From: an uncultured bacterium
Lineage (GTDB): Bacteria > Lernaellota > Lernaellaia > Lernaellales > Lernaellaceae
NCBI GenBank assembly: GCA_964534375.1
Contig: CAZHPN010000026.1
Span: 14,389 to 44,924, forward strand
Length of the DNA: 30,536 bases
Reading direction: 5' to 3'
Positions 27,386-30,536 of this stretch are shown piece by piece. Positions within the stretch are counted from its first letter, which is position 1; each line of letters opens with the position of its first letter. Both the position numbers and the translations under genes were made by a program. Below the pieces are notes generated by a model. The model was not told where the DNA came from, searched no databases, and worked only from the letters and a program-made list of their open reading frames with translations.

Positions 27386-28174
27386 TCAATATCGGAATGA
27401 GGACGCGAGGGAGGCGATCTTGCAACCCGGCGCGCGGTCGTCGTAACGATGCCAGTCTTTTTCGATTCGCGCTCCGTTCGGCACGGCGCAGCCGGCGAGC
27501 TGTAGATTTGCCTCCGTTGACGCGATGAGGTTATCCAATCGCTTTTGGGCCCGCTTGGCGGCGGCAAGGGCCCGCCGTCTGTTCGGCTCGGCCACACGAG
27601 GCAGCTTGTCGAATTTCGTCCGGATGATGACATCGAAGGAACTCATAAGTTCAGCGAACTCCGGGAGCAGCGATTCGTCGTCGCCGGCGGGCAATTCATG
27701 GCGCTTGATTTAGCCCTCCTTCACCAGCAGTTCTCGAAACGTACGGGATGAGAGTTTGTTCTTCTGAAGCTTCCCAATATATTTCTTTTTTGCTTGCAGC
27801 TCGACCACGCGGAGGAGCAGCACCTTGTTCGTAACGGTCAACTGTTGCGGCGCCCCTGCAGTTGCCAATTGGACGTCTTGAACGGCCAGGGCGATCGACT
27901 GGGAGACGCCGGCGAAGGACATATTAAGATTTGGATGCTCCGCCAATCGCGGCAGCGACAGCAACTTGTGCGGCGACCGCTTCCGCACCTCTATGATGTC
28001 GCCGTTAAAGAACTTGACGAGCAGATGTTGGCCGATTTCCACGCAGGCGATGCCCGCCTGCTCTACGCGCTCATTAGTGAACCGCACCGTCGGTTCCAAG
28101 GCCGCCTGTTCTTCCGGCGAGAGAACGTGCGCCTGCTTGACGGCCACTGTTTCCTCGATTGGGTTGTTGGTCAT
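27386..28174 (-). pseudogene. Hypothetical protein gene interrupted by an in-frame TAA at 27710-27712
   Basis: ORFs 27710-28174 and 27386-27694 share a frame and read KEG*IKRHELPAGDDES across the stop; AAAGGGG RBS-like run upstream of ATG 28174. Confidence 0.55.
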
Positions 28175-28654
28175 CCTACGCCCCCTTTCGGTTCTGATTG
28201 GCTGTCAAACAAAACGGGATTGCCTATCCGTTGTGGCATTAGAACTGCGGAAGTCACTGAAGTCAAGCGCTGGGACGGCGGCAGATCCTTTTCTGAACTG
28301 CGCGGCGCGCGGCCGGAAACCGCCGCCGCGACATTGTCGCGCCAGGCGGTCGGAATCAACGACCCAACGCCGCCGGAATCCGCGCTGCCGGCCGGGCAAC
28401 CGGCGCGGGCAAAGCCGAGCTTGTCCCGAAATGGTTGCCATGTGCGATTTCTTTTTTCGCCCATCGCGGCCGCACATTGAATGCGGATCGCGGTAAATGT
28501 CGAATAGTGAAAGGGAAAGCGCCGAAGGGAAAAAAGATAGGATACGGCGTCGAAAGTTATTGACAACAGTAATTCGACGTGCGAACATCGGCCCGCATCT
28601 GAGATTTTGCGCCTGCGAGGGAAATGGAAACCGTGAAACGCGGGAGGCTTGCTC

Positions 28655-30536
28655 ATGAAGGCATTGCTTGCGGCGCTGGCGTGCGTGCTCTTGATTGCGG
28701 GCATTCTGGCGGCAGATGATTCCTCGGACAATGACGATGCGACAGCGGGCGGCGATGGCGGCGACGACGGCGGTAATGATTCCGAAACGCTCTCCGACGA
28801 CGACTCCAACATAACTGACGACGACACATCTCCGGCGACCGGCGGTTCCGGCGCCGTCGTCGCCGGCCGCATCGTTGACCCCCTGACGGGGCAAAATGTC
28901 GCTTCGGCGATGGTCGGTTTGGTCGATGTCACGGGAGCCTCGCTGACGCCGACGGTCACCGCGGACAGATACGGCTCATTCTCGCTTGCCATCCCAGACG
29001 GCTACTCAATTGATTCCATAGGCGTAATCGCCTCAGAATTCGGTTATTTTAATAGTTATATGTATGGGCTGAATACGCCGGCGATCCTGGGTAATGAGAC
29101 GACTTCCGAACTAGCCGTGTACCTCTATCCCGTGGCGTTGATAGAGGAGCAATCAAATATTCTCGGAATAGATCTGTCGGACGCGCCGGCTTTCTTGGGA
29201 GGCTCAGTCATTTTCGACGTCGAGGGAGGGTTTTCCGGCGCCGTTCCGTGCACCACGCTGTCGACGAATCCGTTTGGGGACACTGCGCCGACAGAAGCGA
29301 TTCTTTACATCGATGACCAATCGCTGCCCTCAACAGCCCTGAGCCAGACCGGTTCGTCCGGCGGTTTTTTCATTTTCAACTCGCCAACTGGCGCAATCAC
29401 GTTGACCGCCGACAACGCCGGAGAAACAACGATGGCGCAGGCCTACGCCCACGCCAACTCGGTGACGTTGGTTCCCCTTGTTTTCACTGATGTAAATGAG
29501 CTTTATGGGTGTCCCATTCAGGGGCCCGGCGTCGTGACGGATGGAACTGACCAGCAACCTGTGGCAAATGCGACGCTGCAGCTATTGCAGGCTGGCACAG
29601 GATTGCCTTTCTCGCCGCCGATTTTAACGACCTCAGCGTCGGACGGGACGTTCACGATCACCGTCCCTTGGAGCGCAGGTTTAGCCGGTCTCGAAGTGTC
29701 CGCGACGAATTATTTTAATAGTTTCTATTGGGGCCCGCTGGGAAACAATTTCGTAACCATGGGCGGGCCTATGCTGATGCCGACGGCCGCCGTACAAGGG
29801 ATCGAGGAATCCCTGGGGATTTCCCCCGATGCAACAAAGGCAATCGTAGTTGGCATGGTAGCCTATACAGACGGCGCTCAGCAACAGGGACCGCAGCCGG
29901 TCGGATGCGCCAACGTGGGCATCCTGCTCGATGATGATTCGTCGCCAGACGGCGAAGCAATCTTCTTCGACGGGCAAGGCAACCCCACGAATGCGCTTAC
30001 GAACACCAATCCAGCGAACGGACAGTTTTTGTTATTAGGAGTTAATCCGGGCTCGGCCGTGACGATTCAGGCCCAGGCGGGGACGGCGACGGCGTCCACG
30101 TTCCTGCCCCAGTTGGCGGCAGACGGAATCACCTTCGTGGTGATCATGTTTTCGCCGATGACCTCGCCGGGAAATCCGACGCCGGCGAATTGCCAATCGG
30201 GAGACGACGACACCTCGCCGGCCGATGACGATTCCTCGCCCATCGACGACGACTCGGCGCCCGACGACGATGACAACGACGACAACGACAACGACAACGA
30301 CACGACGGACGACGATGACGACATTTCGCCGGTCGACGACGACAGCGCGTCGGTCGACGACGACAATTCGCTGGTCGATGACGATTCCTCGCTCGTCGAT
30401 GACGATACCTCGCTGGCCGACGACGACACTTCTCCGGCGGCCCCGGGGGACGATGACACGTCGCCAAGCGACGATGATACCTCGCCGCCAACGGAAATGC
30501 TCCCGATTTCCGGCAAGATTTTTGACCCGTTCACGG
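28655..30536 (+). CDS. Large secreted repeat protein with carboxypeptidase-regulatory-like beta-sandwich modules and Asp-rich linkers; incomplete at the window end
   Basis: GGGAGG RBS (28642-28647); hand translation from ATG 28655 gives MKALLAALACVLLIAGILAADDSS... with no stop to the end of the window; absent from the supplied ORF track. Confidence 0.88.
   Translation, partial: MKALLAALACVLLIAGILAADDSSDNDDATAGGDGGDDGGNDSETLSDDDSNITDDDTSPATGGSGAVVAGRIVDPLTGQNVASAMVGLVDVTGASLTPTVTADRYGSFSLAIPDGYSIDSIGVIASEFGYFNSYMYGLNTPAILGNETTSELAVYLYPVALIEEQSNILGIDLSDAPAFLGGSVIFDVEGGFSGAVPCTTLSTNPFGDTAPTEAILYIDDQSLPSTALSQTGSSGGFFIFNSPTGAITLTADNAGETTMAQAYAHANSVTLVPLVFTDVNELYGCPIQGPGVVTDGTDQQPVANATLQLLQAGTGLPFSPPILTTSASDGTFTITVPWSAGLAGLEVSATNYFNSFYWGPLGNNFVTMGGPMLMPTAAVQGIEESLGISPDATKAIVVGMVAYTDGAQQQGPQPVGCANVGILLDDDSSPDGEAIFFDGQGNPTNALTNTNPANGQFLLLGVNPGSAVTIQAQAGTATASTFLPQLAADGITFVVIMFSPMTSPGNPTPANCQSGDDDTSPADDDSSPIDDDSAPDDDDNDDNDNDNDTTDDDDDISPVDDDSASVDDDNSLVDDDSSLVDDDTSLADDDTSPAAPGDDDTSPSDDDTSPPTEMLPISGKIFDPFT
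30200..30490 (+). repeat. Coding tandem repeat: roughly 21-bp units encoding DDD(T/S)S(P/L)x plus a GACAAC (DN) run
   Basis: DDDTSPA DDDSSPI DDDSAP DDDDNDDNDNDND ... DDDNSLV DDDSSLV DDDTSLA DDDTSPA. Confidence 0.85.

Noticed and set aside
30200..30490. Periodic DNA that might be a CRISPR or non-coding array
   Set aside because: The units are degenerate at third codon positions, have no spacers and encode the Asp-rich linker of the 28655 ORF

Overview
GC-rich bacterial chromosome segment from a diderm organism. The Asp-rich and Cys-rich secreted proteins suggest a deltaproteobacterium-like lineage, but this is an inference. From left to right: an FGE/SUMF1-domain membrane protein, an MDR oxidoreductase, an orphan HicB, and a repeat-rich scar holding an acyl-CoA synthetase ATP-grasp fragment. 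Next come pfkB and mtnP and a tightly coupled four-gene cluster around a long GlmL/MutL-like ASKHA ATPase with no B12 mutase nearby, transcribed divergently from fbp. After fbp lies a three-gene envelope operon (beta-barrel, HExxH peptidase/PD40/Omp85-like protein, Cys-rich lipoprotein) ending in a strong terminator. Then follow a membrane-fused spermidine-synthase-like gene, an O-methyltransferase, and three outer-membrane barrel genes, two of them tandem paralogs. A minimal Fe-S operon (iscS-rrf2-iscU) carries a C-terminal double zinc ribbon on IscU and a candidate operator palindrome. The window ends with an ORF split by an in-frame stop and a large secreted Asp-rich repeat protein that the ORF track missed and that runs off the right edge. 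I found no rRNA, tRNA, CRISPR array, transposase or reverse transcriptase. The best candidates for an uncharacterised system are the GlmL-like cluster (5608-9342) and the peptidase-Omp85/lipoprotein operon (10669-17875).
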